A stretch of 64,000 bases of DNA, from positions 1-64,000 of the forward strand of contig CBDCEW010000086.1 in the NCBI GenBank assembly GCA_965215885.1. The letters are read 5' to 3'. This DNA comes from Candidatus Moanibacter sp. GTDB lineage: Bacteria > Verrucomicrobiota > Verrucomicrobiia > Opitutales > UBA2987. Both the position numbers and the translations under genes were made by a program. The notes beneath the pieces were generated by a model, which was not told the DNA's origin, did not search any database, and saw only the letters and a program-made list of their open reading frames with translations. Below, piece by piece: positions 1 through 11,089 of the stretch; positions within the stretch are counted from its first letter, which is position 1; each line of letters opens with the position of its first letter.

Positions 1-1318
1 CTTCAAGATCGATTTTCGTGGCCTTCCCCGCCTGTTCATTGCCGACTCCGGGGAAGTCAAGAATATCGCAGCGAGCGAGGAATTCCTTAAACGGCGTATC
101 GGTAAGGTGATCCGAATTGATCGGTACGATCAGCTCCCATACAAGACCCTGAAAGAGGGCGAAATCCTCCGGCGAACCGACGAACTTATTCGAAACCTCC
201 GGGTGAAAACCGATATTTACGCGGTCTCCCTCTTCCGCGAAGGCCAGGTTTGGAACGAGGTCGTGAATGACGCGCTCACGGTCCTCGGGTCTCGCATTGG
301 GAGGTACCGGCTCGAAGAAGACCTTGCAAGCATCCATGTCGAGAAGGAGACCGGCCACGCGAATGGTGCAGAAAATTCGTTTTTCAGGCCAGCGTTCCCG
401 GTACTTGAGGTAGGTCTGTTTCAACTTCCGAAAATACTCCGTGAGGATTTCGTAGCCATCCCAGAGAATACACCCGGCAAACTCTTCCACCACCGCCGGA
501 TCGCTGAGGAGGAGCTTTTCGGTCAAGAGAGCGTTCAGCTGGCTGTGCCAGGAATCCTCACCATCCTCCAGGAGCTGCTGGTAGCGGGGAAGCTCCGCGA
601 AAACGAGGTCGTCGAGAATATCGCAGAAATCGTGAAGAGCCTCGAATGCCTCCCGGTTCGGTTCGTCGGACCTGGCTTTGTGCTTGTTCTTGAAATCGGC
701 CAATTCCTGCTTGAATCGTGAAATCGTCCAATAGGTCGCATTTCTCGTCTTGGAAGGGCCGAGACACTCCGTATCATAGCCCCGGGCAAGGGCGTGCCAG
801 AGCTCACTCGGCGTCACCATCTCAATCTCGATGGGAAATTTGACGTTGGCGACGTGATAGCGATCGGCTGCGGGCGCCGGGCTCCCGCAGACAAACCGGC
901 TTAGACAGGAGGAGGCGTCTTTCCCTCCGTTAAAGGGATTGAGAACGTTGAGATCGGCCGGGAGAGTCTCTTTTTCCTCATCCACCCTGGGAGCCATAAA
1001 GAATGCGGGTTCGCCTCCTTCCCAGTGCAGCGCTGAACCTTTTCCATCTTCTCCCTTCTTCCTTTCATAGGGGGCATTTTCATCCAGATAGGCTGAAACG
1101 AGAGTGGATTTACCAGTCTGCGAGGGTCCCCAGATAGCCATGGCGGGGCGGGTCTTCTCCGTTGCCTCATGGATAGCCGCCATCTGTTTGTGGACCGTGT
1201 AAAGGGTATTGGTCCATTCGTTAACCGGCAGGGCATAGTCCTGCTGGCGTTTCACGCCATACCGCCAGAACCAGTCAATCAGGCGTTCAGAGAATTCGGC
1301 CTTCTTTGATGTCTCCAT
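1..1318 (-). CDS. SrfC-like (Virul_Fac family) P-loop GTPase-like protein, runs off the left edge
   Basis: Absent from the ORF track; hand-translated from ATG 1318: METSKKAEF...AIWGPSQTGKSTLVS (Walker A), LNPFNGGKDASSCLSRF, FPIEIEMV, and DILDFPG near nt 47-67 in the same frame. These motifs match my recollection of SrfC-family proteins. Confidence 0.75.
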   Translation of the reverse strand, partial: METSKKAEFSERLIDWFWRYGVKRQQDYALPVNEWTNTLYTVHKQMAAIHEATEKTRPAMAIWGPSQTGKSTLVSAYLDENAPYERKKGEDGKGSALHWEGGEPAFFMAPRVDEEKETLPADLNVLNPFNGGKDASSCLSRFVCGSPAPAADRYHVANVKFPIEIEMVTPSELWHALARGYDTECLGPSKTRNATYWTISRFKQELADFKNKHKARSDEPNREAFEALHDFCDILDDLVFAELPRYQQLLEDGEDSWHSQLNALLTEKLLLSDPAVVEEFAGCILWDGYEILTEYFRKLKQTYLKYRERWPEKRIFCTIRVAGLLLDMDACKVFFEPVPPNARPEDRERVIHDLVPNLAFAEEGDRVNIGFHPEVSNKFVGSPEDFALFQGLVWELIVPINSDHLTDTPFKEFLARCDILDFPGVGNEQAGKATKIDLE

Positions 1319-1547
1319 CTAAATCGAATACTATGCGCACCGGCGGTTGAGTACTGGAATTCGTCACCGTATTTGCGAATTCGAATACTAAGAAAAAACC
1401 CTGGAAGGAAGGACCTCCACCGGCAAGTTTTTGATTGAAAGCGGGTCGAAAGTTCCTAAGTTTTTTAATATCCAACACTTACGACTCGTCACGACTAATT
1501 AGGATATAATTGATCGAGTCAACAATTCTCAGTTAAGCTCTATCGTT

Positions 1548-3245
1548 ATGAAAAGCAAGGCTATTAAGACGACTTCAATCTTTGCGATGCTCTCCCTCAT
1601 CATTCTCTGTAGTGGATTTACACGGCGTGACATTGAAGAGGAGCAGCGGATCATCTCAGAGTCTCACACGGACCGCGCGAAATTGCACATCGGCGAAGCC
1701 GAACGCCGGATCGGGGCCGGGTTGTTTAATGCGGCGCGGGTCAATTTGCTGGTGGCATCCTACAACTTGGATGAGGCGAAGAAGCTGATCGACCAGCACC
1801 GTCCGAAGATTGAGCAGATCAGTTTCATGTTTCCGCGGTCGAAAGGCGCGGAGACGATTCGGGAGGATTATCGGGAACGGGCGGCTGATATTGAGAGAGG
1901 GATCCTGCAGAATGAGGACATGGTCACGGCCATGGCAAAGGACCTTCACAAGAAGCTGAAAGATGAGGGCGGATTCTGGCAATACGATGCGCTGGGTTAT
2001 CTCGAATACTGTGTCGAAAACGAAAGAGATCCCATTGTCAGGGAAAAGTGTAAAAAAGCGCGCGACGGTGCGGCGGCGGCTCTCGACAAGGGTGACCTCG
2101 CGGCGGCGGATGCAATTCTGAAGCCCTTCGAAGGGTTGAAGGCTCCGGGCGATGAGGGTGCTTCCGAGGAAGAGGAGGAAAGCCTCGAAGGAGAATTTTC
2201 CGCTTTGTTGGAAGAATTAAAGGATCGGATTGCCCAGGAGAGAGATCCAAATGTAAGGGCGGTTCTGCAGAAACTCCATGACGCCCTGGAGGCTGCCATC
2301 GCAAGCGGAGATGCGAAGGCCGCGGAAGCGATCGCCGCACTCTTGAAGAACGATATTGCGGATACTTTGAGCGAATTGGCCCGAAAGGCCGCGGAAACAG
2401 ATGACCCGCTCTTGAAAGAGTTTTATGAGTCGCTCTTGAGTGGAGTCGCCTCTCTTGTCGAGAATGGGAATTTCGGGGAGGCAGCCGAACTGCTCGAAAG
2501 TGGCCTGGGAGGAGAGACGGAAGCGACGGTTAAAGACCTGATCGCCAAAATCCGAGGTGAATCGGATCCCGGTAAACGGCGGGGCTATGAAGAGGAGCTG
2601 CGGAAGTCGATGGGAAAGCTGGCCGGTGGCGAATCCGGAGCGGCCATGTCCGGGATGGCTTCGCTGGATCGGGATATCGAAGTGAGCGCGGCAAGGGGCG
2701 AGGAGGCTCGCAAAAATCCGAGAGGCACGCGAACCGACGGTGGCGTGACGGTCTTTGTGGATCCGGTTACAGGAGAAGCGACGGAATTTCCTGCTGAATT
2801 TGAATGGGTAGGTAATAAACTGGGGCCGAAAATCACGACAACTTACATTGGTGGGCGTGGCAATCGATTGACGCGCGAAGTCGAAGTATCGCTCGTCAGA
2901 AAGCCGGATCCATCCAATCCCGACGTCTGGATTGCGGAACGGATTACGGGTGAGGAGCGTGGATGGAGTTTGCAATTGACGGAAATTTCGGGTTCACGCA
3001 GCCGATCGGAAGGAGAGATGTCGACCACGCTAACGGTGCGAGATGCAAGTGGAAAGGAGAGTTTTACGGTCAGCTCCTGGGAAGTGCGCGACCAGTCCGG
3101 TAATCCGGTCATGTCGAATAGTGAAGGAGTGAGCGAATTAAAAGTGCGTTTTGATAAGAATGGCGATTACACGATCTCGGTCGTAGGAAAAACCGACTGG
3201 GGCAGCGAATTCCGCATTCGCGATCGCCTCAAAGTCGAGCTCTAG
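1548..3245 (+). CDS. Exported hypothetical protein, helical repeat body with a beta-rich (Ig/PKD-like) C-terminus
   Basis: 565-aa ORF with N-terminal signal-like hydrophobic stretch, recurring helical units (ERDPxVR...) and a beta-strand-rich tail. Confidence 0.7.
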   Translation: MKSKAIKTTSIFAMLSLIILCSGFTRRDIEEEQRIISESHTDRAKLHIGEAERRIGAGLFNAARVNLLVASYNLDEAKKLIDQHRPKIEQISFMFPRSKGAETIREDYRERAADIERGILQNEDMVTAMAKDLHKKLKDEGGFWQYDALGYLEYCVENERDPIVREKCKKARDGAAAALDKGDLAAADAILKPFEGLKAPGDEGASEEEEESLEGEFSALLEELKDRIAQERDPNVRAVLQKLHDALEAAIASGDAKAAEAIAALLKNDIADTLSELARKAAETDDPLLKEFYESLLSGVASLVENGNFGEAAELLESGLGGETEATVKDLIAKIRGESDPGKRRGYEEELRKSMGKLAGGESGAAMSGMASLDRDIEVSAARGEEARKNPRGTRTDGGVTVFVDPVTGEATEFPAEFEWVGNKLGPKITTTYIGGRGNRLTREVEVSLVRKPDPSNPDVWIAERITGEERGWSLQLTEISGSRSRSEGEMSTTLTVRDASGKESFTVSSWEVRDQSGNPVMSNSEGVSELKVRFDKNGDYTISVVGKTDWGSEFRIRDRLKVEL

Positions 3246-3517
3246 GGGTGTGTTGCCCAAACCAGGATGAGCGTTGTTGCGAGTTCCACGGATCTCATCC
3301 GCAAGGCGCTCATGTCGGAGAAGCCCTGCGGGCTTTGACGACATGAGCAACGCCGCGGGGAGCCCGTGCAGCCGCAACCCCTTGGGCTGGAGCGATTTTG
3401 GTCTTGATCAGCGTTCGCATCGAGACGAAAGGCCCTGCGGCATTCCTGTCTCGATGCCGCCTCGTTCAAGACCAAACTTGCTTCCAGCAACGCCATCCTG
3501 GGTTGGGCAACACACCC
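3246..3517. mobile_element. MITE-like element (~272 bp) with 24-bp terminal inverted repeats
   Basis: GGGTGTGTTGCCCAAACCAGGATG (3246-3269) versus CATCCTGGGTTGGGCAACACACCC (3494-3517), one mismatch; internal hairpins; no credible ORF. Confidence 0.7.
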
Positions 3518-3654
3518 TTTAGTCCGGAGATTCTGCGAATTTCCGGACAGTAGCGAAATCGCGGCTGGCCGCAATTTCGTGCATAGGGAGGTGTTCCAAT
3601 TTCTTGGGGCCTCTTTGCGCCAGTGTTTTGCTCTTACCGGCACGAACACTCCTG

Positions 3655-4145
3655 CACAAACTTGATTGTAAGCCTTGTCGTAAACTTCGGCGACAAAGAC
3701 CAATTCTTGTAGCCGCGTCGGCAACGACGGGGGCCCAACCGAGGGTACTTCTTCCACCCGCAAGGGAAACTTCGTCGTAAACTTTGGCGTCAACATTGTC
3801 GTCTCTTCCGGGTTCCCCGATCAAGCTTACGACGAAGCTTACGATTAAGTTTGGAGGGAGCTTCTTCCACCCGTAAGGGAAACTTCGTCGTAAGCTTCGG
3901 CGCGAGTCCCGCTGAGCGGGATCGTCTTTTCCGGTTAGTTCCCCGATCAAGCTTACGACGAAGTTTACGATTAAGTTTGGGAGCGTTTCTTCCACCCGCC
4001 AGGGAACCTTCGTCGTAAACTTTGGCGCGAGCTTTGTCGTTCTTCCGGGTCCTCCGATCAAGTTTACGATTAAGTTTGGGAGCGCTTCTTCCACCCGCCA
4101 GGGAACCTTCGGCGCGAGCATTGTCGCGAGCTTTGTCGCGATTCC
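3655..4145. repeat. Degenerate tandem array of ~100-125-bp units built from 12-bp sub-repeats
   Basis: CTTCCACCCG..AGGGAA recurs near 3750, 3862, 3988 and 4087; CCGATCAAG(C/T)TTACGA...TTAAGTTTGG recurs three times; CTTCGTCGTAA and TTACGACGAAG occur in inverted orientation. Confidence 0.8.
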
Positions 4146-4216
4146 CTTCCTTGTCTGAGCCTACCCGATCGCGTTTTCGGGTTGCCGTATTTCAGTTCCT
4201 GTGACCCGATAATACG

Positions 4217-6298
4217 ATGACGACCGAGGAATTTCTTGAACTGGTAGGCTTGGAAGAGAAGGGAACCCTCGAAGCGGTTGAACGCGCCTGTGAATCCACC
4301 ATCGAGGAGTACGAGCGGCAGCAGCAGAAGATCCCGGTCAAGACGACGCGAATCATACTCCAGCGGAAGATCGATCTCCTGAGGGAGACTTTTCCGGAAA
4401 TCCGGAACCGATACCTGGCGGAGGAGGCCTACAACCTCCTGGGTGAAGTCAATGAGCTGATCGACCAGCGGCAGTTCAGCCGGGCGCAGGTAAAGGTAAG
4501 CCGTGCCCGCGAGTTGGTAGGCGATTTTGCGGAGGGAGCTCTGGCGCACAAGCTACAGGAAACCCAGGCGATCATCGACGATGCGAGAGCGCCCGAAGAG
4601 GCGGACGCTCTGAAAGAGTTCAGCGGCAAACTCAATTCTTTTTACGAGGTTTTGGGTAAAGACGGGGTTGAGGCCGCCGGCGTCTCGCTTGCCGAGGTGG
4701 ATAGTATCGGCTTGCAGCTCACAAGGGAGGGGATTCGCGAGCGACTCGAAGAGGCTCATAAGGCTCTCGGGAAGAAAACACAGGAAGCGGAGACGGCATC
4801 CCGGATTGAGGCTGAACGCGCCGCGTTGGATCAGATCCTTGAGTCGGACGATATTGAGGCCGCCCGGAAGTCGATCGAATCTCTTGAGGGACTTCTGTGC
4901 GAGGTCAGTTCGGTTGACGATGAGGAGTTCGTTGACCGGGCGAGGGAACGTATCCGCCGGATCGAAGCGAAGCAGGAAAGGATTCATGAGCTAACCAGCT
5001 CTATCGAGAAGGTCGAGGCTGCTTTGGCAGAGGGAGAATTGGATGCGGCGGCCTCCAACCTCGGAGCGGTGGACTCATTGATGACCGAGGATGACGAGGA
5101 ACTCGGCGGGAGAGTGGACAAGCTCCGTAGATCGCTCGAGATGGCCCAGGCCGAGAAGACACTCGAGAGTGCCGCTTCGGCTCTCGAGGAAGGTCAGTTC
5201 GAGGAGGTAGAGCGGCTGTTGGGGCAACTGGAGGCAAAGACGCTCCCGGATAGAGATCCCGGCTTTGAGGATCGGCTTCACCGGCTGCGGTCTCGAATTC
5301 AGGAGGAGACAACGAGGGCGGAACGCGAAGATGAATTGGAATCGCTTCGCAGGAATGTCGAAAGGGCGCTTGAGGGGCGCCGCCTGGACGAGGCCGATGC
5401 CGCGATCGGCCGTCTCGAGACATTGTCCGCTGATCCGGATTACCGCGAACTGGTTGAAGCGATCGACCTTGGGAGTTACCGCGACCAGTTAGGGGAACTC
5501 AAAAGTATTCAGAAATCGGAAAAGAAATTCCGATCTTCTCTGGATCGTATCGATCTTCTGCTTGACCGAGGCGATGCCTCGGAGGCCAAAAAAGCGCTCG
5601 ATGTGGCGGAAACGGATTGGATGGAGGGCGGTCTATCGGAGGGTCGCGACCGGTTGAAGGAGCGGCGCGAGCGACTGGCGGCTGAGGAAGCTGATGAAGT
5701 CGTTCGAAGATCGGTCCGGGAGAATCTGGCCGCTTTCGGACGGGAGCTGGGTCAGGACAATCCGGCGGAGGCAAAGCGGCACCTGGATTCGGCGGAGAAG
5801 TTACTCAAAAAAGACGTGAAAGACCCGGTTCTCGCGCGGGAGATCGAAACCGCGCGGGAAGAACTGAAAAAGTTGAAAGGTCCCGGTGTCGTGGGAAAAC
5901 TCTGGGGTTCCCTCTCGGGCGGCGGGAAGGAAAAAGGCGCCCGGCCAAAAGATTGGGTCGGTAGTATTGTGGTCGTTGAGGGTCCTCGCAGTGGCGAGGA
6001 ATTTGAACTTCTCAAGGGCCGGCCCCTAACTTTCGGACGTAAAGGGATGGGGAAAACAGTGGATAGTGGAGTCATCCTCTTTGACGATCCATCGCGGCGA
6101 ATGAGCGCCAGCCAGGCGGTCATCGCCTGGAGCGCCGGAGATGATGCCCCCTGCCTGGAATCGCCCGGTGGCATGCAGCCCAACCTGTTGAACGGCCGAC
6201 CGCTTCCCGCCGGAAGTCGAAGTCCCCTTTCCGATGGCGACCGCATCACACTCCCCGGCTCCCGCCCCGTCGTGATACAGTTTACGGCGGAGGACTAG
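4217..6298 (+). CDS. Helical-repeat/coiled-coil protein with C-terminal FHA domain
   Basis: 693 aa; C-terminus IVVVEGPRSGEEFEL..LTFGR...MSASQAVI...LLNGRPL...LSDGDRITL follows the FHA pattern. Confidence 0.8.
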   Translation: MTTEEFLELVGLEEKGTLEAVERACESTIEEYERQQQKIPVKTTRIILQRKIDLLRETFPEIRNRYLAEEAYNLLGEVNELIDQRQFSRAQVKVSRARELVGDFAEGALAHKLQETQAIIDDARAPEEADALKEFSGKLNSFYEVLGKDGVEAAGVSLAEVDSIGLQLTREGIRERLEEAHKALGKKTQEAETASRIEAERAALDQILESDDIEAARKSIESLEGLLCEVSSVDDEEFVDRARERIRRIEAKQERIHELTSSIEKVEAALAEGELDAAASNLGAVDSLMTEDDEELGGRVDKLRRSLEMAQAEKTLESAASALEEGQFEEVERLLGQLEAKTLPDRDPGFEDRLHRLRSRIQEETTRAEREDELESLRRNVERALEGRRLDEADAAIGRLETLSADPDYRELVEAIDLGSYRDQLGELKSIQKSEKKFRSSLDRIDLLLDRGDASEAKKALDVAETDWMEGGLSEGRDRLKERRERLAAEEADEVVRRSVRENLAAFGRELGQDNPAEAKRHLDSAEKLLKKDVKDPVLAREIETAREELKKLKGPGVVGKLWGSLSGGGKEKGARPKDWVGSIVVVEGPRSGEEFELLKGRPLTFGRKGMGKTVDSGVILFDDPSRRMSASQAVIAWSAGDDAPCLESPGGMQPNLLNGRPLPAGSRSPLSDGDRITLPGSRPVVIQFTAED

Positions 6299-9172
6299 CG
6301 AAAATAGCTAAATCGGGGTCACAGAGAAGTGAACAGAAGGAAACGGAGAAAGATTGCCCGCTAAACACGCGAAAAAACGCGAAATGGGGAGCTGTAGCAA
6401 CGGATAGAAGGACAGCAACGGATGAGGGGATTCTTAGATCCCGTTGTGCCGTCCCGTTCAGCGGGATAAGTACGTGGGTTTTTTAGATCGCGGCTACAGA
6501 AAAGTGAACAAAAGGAAACAAAGAAAAACGAAGAGAGGGATAATTCGGATTGTCGGCGAAGCATCTTTCGAAGGGAGATCGATAGAGTTTTACCGCGGAT
6601 TGCGCGGATTGCGCGGATGGGCAACCAAAACTCTGATCGACTCCCTATACTCCTTCTTGCGAGTGCGCAATCTATGTCCTCTCTTTATCCGCTCAAGCTG
6701 AAATCCGCGGTCACGTTGATTCCGATCGACTTCACGTCGAATGATGTTTTCTGGTACCAGTTTCGTTGCGGCTTCGCTGCGCTAGCGTGCTCTGTGACCT
6801 TCTTCTGTTCTGTCGGCCTACCATTTTGATTGCGTCCAATCCCGCCTTGCCGGGGTTCACTGAATTCTTCTACCCTCACCTCATCATGCCCTTTGATTCC
6901 GACGAGACGATACTTGCCGGCGATGGCGGGGACGGGCCCGGCGTCCTGCGGCCAGGGGAGCGTCTGGGTGATTACCGGATAATTGAAGAATTGGGCCGTG
7001 GGGGCATGGGCGAGGTGTATCTTGCCGAGCAGGTGCACCTGAAACAGAGGTATGCGCTGAAAGTGCTGCCCCGCGAGCTGTCTGGGCGGGCCGATTTCCG
7101 TGAGCGCTTCGAGCAGGAGGCACGAACTTTGGCTGCGCTAAAGCATGAAAGGATTGTGCAGGTGCATTATGCCGGAGAGGACCGGGGTCGCTTCTATCTC
7201 GCCATGGAGTTTATAGAGGGAGGCAGCCTGGAAGATTACCTGAAAGCGCAAGGTGGTCCCATCGACGCGGCTCAGGGCAGGCGACTAGAGCCTGGCGAGG
7301 TCAAAGGGATTCTTACAGAGATTTTGGAGGGGCTTCGATTTGCCCACGATGAGGGAATTATTCATCGCGATCTCAAGCCAGCCAATATATTGCGCATGGC
7401 GGACGGAGGGATCAAGATCAGCGACTTTGGACTGGCCCGTGTGGTCGGGGAAGAATACGTGCAGACGATGATCAAGAAGAGCATTGCTCTGTCGCAATTT
7501 GGGGATCGATCGACGCAGGTGGCCGGCGCTTCTGGAAGCGAGGCCTATGTGGGGACCCTGCACTACATGAGTCCGGAGGTGCAGGAGGGACGTCCGGCCG
7601 ATGAGCGAAGCGATCTCTATGCGATTGGTGTGATGGGTTATTACTTCCTGACCGGGAGGAAGCCGATAGGACGGGCGAAGGCGATCGCACAATTGGTTCC
7701 CGAAGCCGGCGAATCGTGGGATGCAGTGATCGACCAGTGTATGGAGTTGGAACGCTCTGACCGATATCAGAGTGTTGCCGAAGTTCTCGGCGATTTAGAA
7801 GAGATTGAAAGCGGGCTTCACAAAAAGCCCAAATCGAAGGGGCCTGTATGGGTGGGGATGGCAATCACTATCTTGGCAGGTCTGGCGGCGGGATATTACT
7901 GGGGCGTGTATTTGCCGGAAACGAAGGATACAGAGGAGCGAACCGCCAAGCCTGAAATCATAGCAGCTGAAAAGGTGCCGCTCGGGCCTGAGACGCTGAT
8001 CGAGAAGGAATCGATCCCGATCGCAACGGCATTTGGGAGTATCCTGGTTACAAGCGAACCGAAGGGTGCAAATGTGTTACTCGATGGCCAATTGGTTGGG
8101 AGGACACCCCTGGTGTTGGAAAAGCAACCTGCGCTTAAACAGTATCGGATCGAAGTTAACCTGAAAGGTTATCGAAAGCACGAGCAGGAATTCTATCTTG
8201 AAGCTGCCGAGCGTAAGTACGTCACGCTTGTTTTGAAAAGTAAGCATGGCACTCTGCAGATTGATGGTATCCAAGACGAATTGCTTCCAGAAACTGTGGT
8301 GGCGGTAGATGGTCAAAGACACACAGCGGGGAAAGTTCACTTAGAGAATCTGTTGGCTGGAGATAAGACGGTTCTTGTAGAGCACCCGGATTACTTACCT
8401 TGGCAGGGTGACGTGAAAATAAGCGAACAAATGGTAACTGAAGTGCGCCTTCAGTTGGAGCCTAAGCCTGGCCTTCTCACAGTTACATTGAAGAAAAATC
8501 TGCCGTTTGAGATTGTTGCCAACGGCGTTGTTTTGAAAGGAACAGACAACCGTTTTCCTATCGTTCCGAATGTGGAGCAGGTTGTTGAGGTGCGAGTGCG
8601 TGAGCATCTTACCGCGAAACGAACCTTCATGTTCGGCCCAAACCAAGAGAAGGAATGGAAAGTGGTCCAAGTTCCCATTCCAGAACCAGTGGAGGGAAGC
8701 CCTTGGATGGTTCCTTACCTCGGGCTGAAAATGGTGTGGATCCCACCGGGTACTTTCTTGATGGGGAGCCCGGCGAGTGAATCGGAACGGGGAAAGGACG
8801 AAAACTTGCACGAAGTAGTTTTGACAGATGGCTTCTGGCTGGGTCGGTATGAAGTGACGCAGGGAGAATACGAGCAAATCATTGGGAGTAATCCGAGCGG
8901 CTCCAAGGGGATGGGAGTTCGGGCACCGGTGGAGCAGGTATCTTGGGAGGATGGGATGAATTTTGCAAAGCAACTGTCCGAAAAGGAGCGAGCGGCGGGA
9001 AGGTTGCCGGAAGGATACGTATATAGTCTGCCAACCGAGGCGCAGTGGGAGTATGCGGCGCGGGCGGGCACAAGCAGCGCGTTTCACTACGGGAATAGCC
9101 TGTCATCAAAACAGGCGAACTTCTTTGGGGACTATCCATACGGAGGAGCAGAAAAAGGCCCCTCTTTAGATA

Positions 9173-11089
9173 GACCCCATTCGAAAAGCCTTTCGAGCGG
9201 GCGGTTTAAGGTTCTCCGCCACGGGCGGACCAGCCTATGGCTGGCAGGTTTCGGGTTTTAGGCTGCCGGCGCTGCCGATGAGCAGGTATTGAGCGGCCAT
9301 CGGCGTGGCTTGCTGCACAATACGTATATTTGCCGCTGTCTGGAGGCATACTCATCCCGTGGTGCTTTTTTCTCTGAGCTTCAAAGCGGTCAGATTCAGG
9401 CTGCCTGTTCCAGTTCCTCCCCTCGGCGTTTCTTCATCAGTATGATGCGGCAGAAGTTGTAGGCCAGAACCTTCTCGAGCAGTTTATCGCCTACCGCATC
9501 GATGCCGCGGCGGCCGAGTTCGCCAAAGGCAAATCCATCTTTAATCGTGAACATCAGCGACTCCACTGCGGAGCGATCGCGGCGTGCCTCGCGATACGCC
9601 TCGCTCTCCCAGTCCTCGGGGGTGGTCAACTTCTTGCCCTTCGCCCCACTGATACTGATCTGCTTTACCCCCATGCTCAGCACCTCCTTGCGTCCCTTCG
9701 CCGAAGCATATCCGTCATCGGTGCTGACCAGTTCAGCAATGACACCGGTGCGCTTGATCGAATCGCCGATGGCCGGCGCCAGCTCAATGGAGTCTGCCGC
9801 ATTGCCTTGCGGTACGATCAGGCTGGTGACAAAACCGTTTTCGCTGCGAACCAGTTGTGGCTTGTACCCGATCACTGGATTGCGGCTGCCCTTCTTGATG
9901 TAGGCCGCCGATCCGTCCGAGAGGCTCAGGACCTTCTGTGTGGACGGTAGCTTCTTTTCGTGAAACACCCGATCATGAGCATACTCAACAACCCGCTTGG
10001 CGTCGGCAATATCGCCCCTGATCTGGCTCAATGCCCGCTCCAGAAGCTCCCGGCGAGTGGGAGGCAGTGAATCCATCGACAGGCCCTCTTCAAGATGGCT
10101 CAGTTCCCCCGTTAGTGAGTCGGCCGCCTTGCGGCCCCGCTTGAGCAACCGCCGGTAGTGTTTCTTCAGCTTGCCCTTCGACTTCGGTTTGCCCGCGGCC
10201 AGACAAATCTGAAACTCCAGCTTGTCCATTTCCTCCAGCCAACGCCCAACCCATCCCTTGCGAAAATCCTCCAGCCCGAAGACATGCAACTTCTGACCCA
10301 AACGATTGGCCCGCATCAAAAGACCGCTCAGAATCTTCCCATCGGTGGGCCAGCAGCTGTTTGCTTTCACCGAGGTGCTGTCGATCGTCAGCTTCCCGAA
10401 ATCGTCCCATTGCTCCTGGAGGATAAACCCAATCTGTTTATCAAAGATCAACTCGCGGGTCGTATGGCTGACCAGGTTCACGTTCTCCAGAATCGTCGTC
10501 ACCGCCGGCATTCTCAGTCCCCCGCTCTGCAAAAATCCGTACAAGCTCATCGACTCGCGCACAAACCGCCGTGCCGGTTTCGTGGTCAACGAACCCAGAA
10601 ACCCTCGAATCATCACGAACACGTATACCGCATAAGCCGGCATCCGCGGCCGGCCTGCCCCAAGATTCAATTCAGCAGCCAGAATATTCTCCTCCTCGAT
10701 GTCCAGCTCCGGCAGCTCCGCTGTGCGCCCTTCAAAGAACCTGCGATCTTCCAATCGAAGTTTCTTCTTCTCACGCGCATGGGCGTCCAGATCCTTCTCG
10801 ATCGCCTCGATGATTTGCGCCGCGAACCCGGCCAATTCTTCAACTTCATCCAGAAAATCACGGAAATCCGTGTCTGGAACCGGCAGAATGAGGTTGCTAA
10901 GGGGCGTCTTATCGCTTTTGTTCTCCTCTGTCGCACATGTTGGCATGTTTAACTCCTTTCTTAATCTTAGGTTGTTAAACACTAGCATGTTGCGACACTT
11001 TTTATCAAGCCAAAAAATGATTTTTCTCAAGTTTTTCTTGCGCCTTTTGCGCCTCTTTGCGGCCAATCAGTAGCTTTTCGGATAAGGTC
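9173..11089 (-). mobile_element. 1917-bp insertion sequence, copy 1 (DDE; IS5/IS1182/ISNCY-like, family not assigned)
   Basis: Imperfect TIRs GACCCCATTCGAAAAGC / GCTTTTCGGATAAGGTC; flanking direct repeat TAGATA (9167-9172, 11090-11095); second copy at 19226-21142. Confidence 0.95.
9396..10946 (-). CDS. DDE transposase
   Basis: TIDSTSVKAN, STDDGYAS, RSAVES motifs; ATG 10946 preceded by AAGGAG. Confidence 0.9.
   Translation of the reverse strand: MPTCATEENKSDKTPLSNLILPVPDTDFRDFLDEVEELAGFAAQIIEAIEKDLDAHAREKKKLRLEDRRFFEGRTAELPELDIEEENILAAELNLGAGRPRMPAYAVYVFVMIRGFLGSLTTKPARRFVRESMSLYGFLQSGGLRMPAVTTILENVNLVSHTTRELIFDKQIGFILQEQWDDFGKLTIDSTSVKANSCWPTDGKILSGLLMRANRLGQKLHVFGLEDFRKGWVGRWLEEMDKLEFQICLAAGKPKSKGKLKKHYRRLLKRGRKAADSLTGELSHLEEGLSMDSLPPTRRELLERALSQIRGDIADAKRVVEYAHDRVFHEKKLPSTQKVLSLSDGSAAYIKKGSRNPVIGYKPQLVRSENGFVTSLIVPQGNAADSIELAPAIGDSIKRTGVIAELVSTDDGYASAKGRKEVLSMGVKQISISGAKGKKLTTPEDWESEAYREARRDRSAVESLMFTIKDGFAFGELGRRGIDAVGDKLLEKVLAYNFCRIILMKKRRGEELEQAA

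Noticed and set aside
107..721. 204-aa plus-strand ORF
   Set aside because: Antisense shadow of the SrfC-like gene
3242..4121. Minus-strand ORFs 3242..3796 and 3519..4121
   Set aside because: Translations of repeat and MITE DNA
3655..4145. CRISPR array
   Set aside because: Units are degenerate along their whole length with no unique spacers, and there are no cas genes
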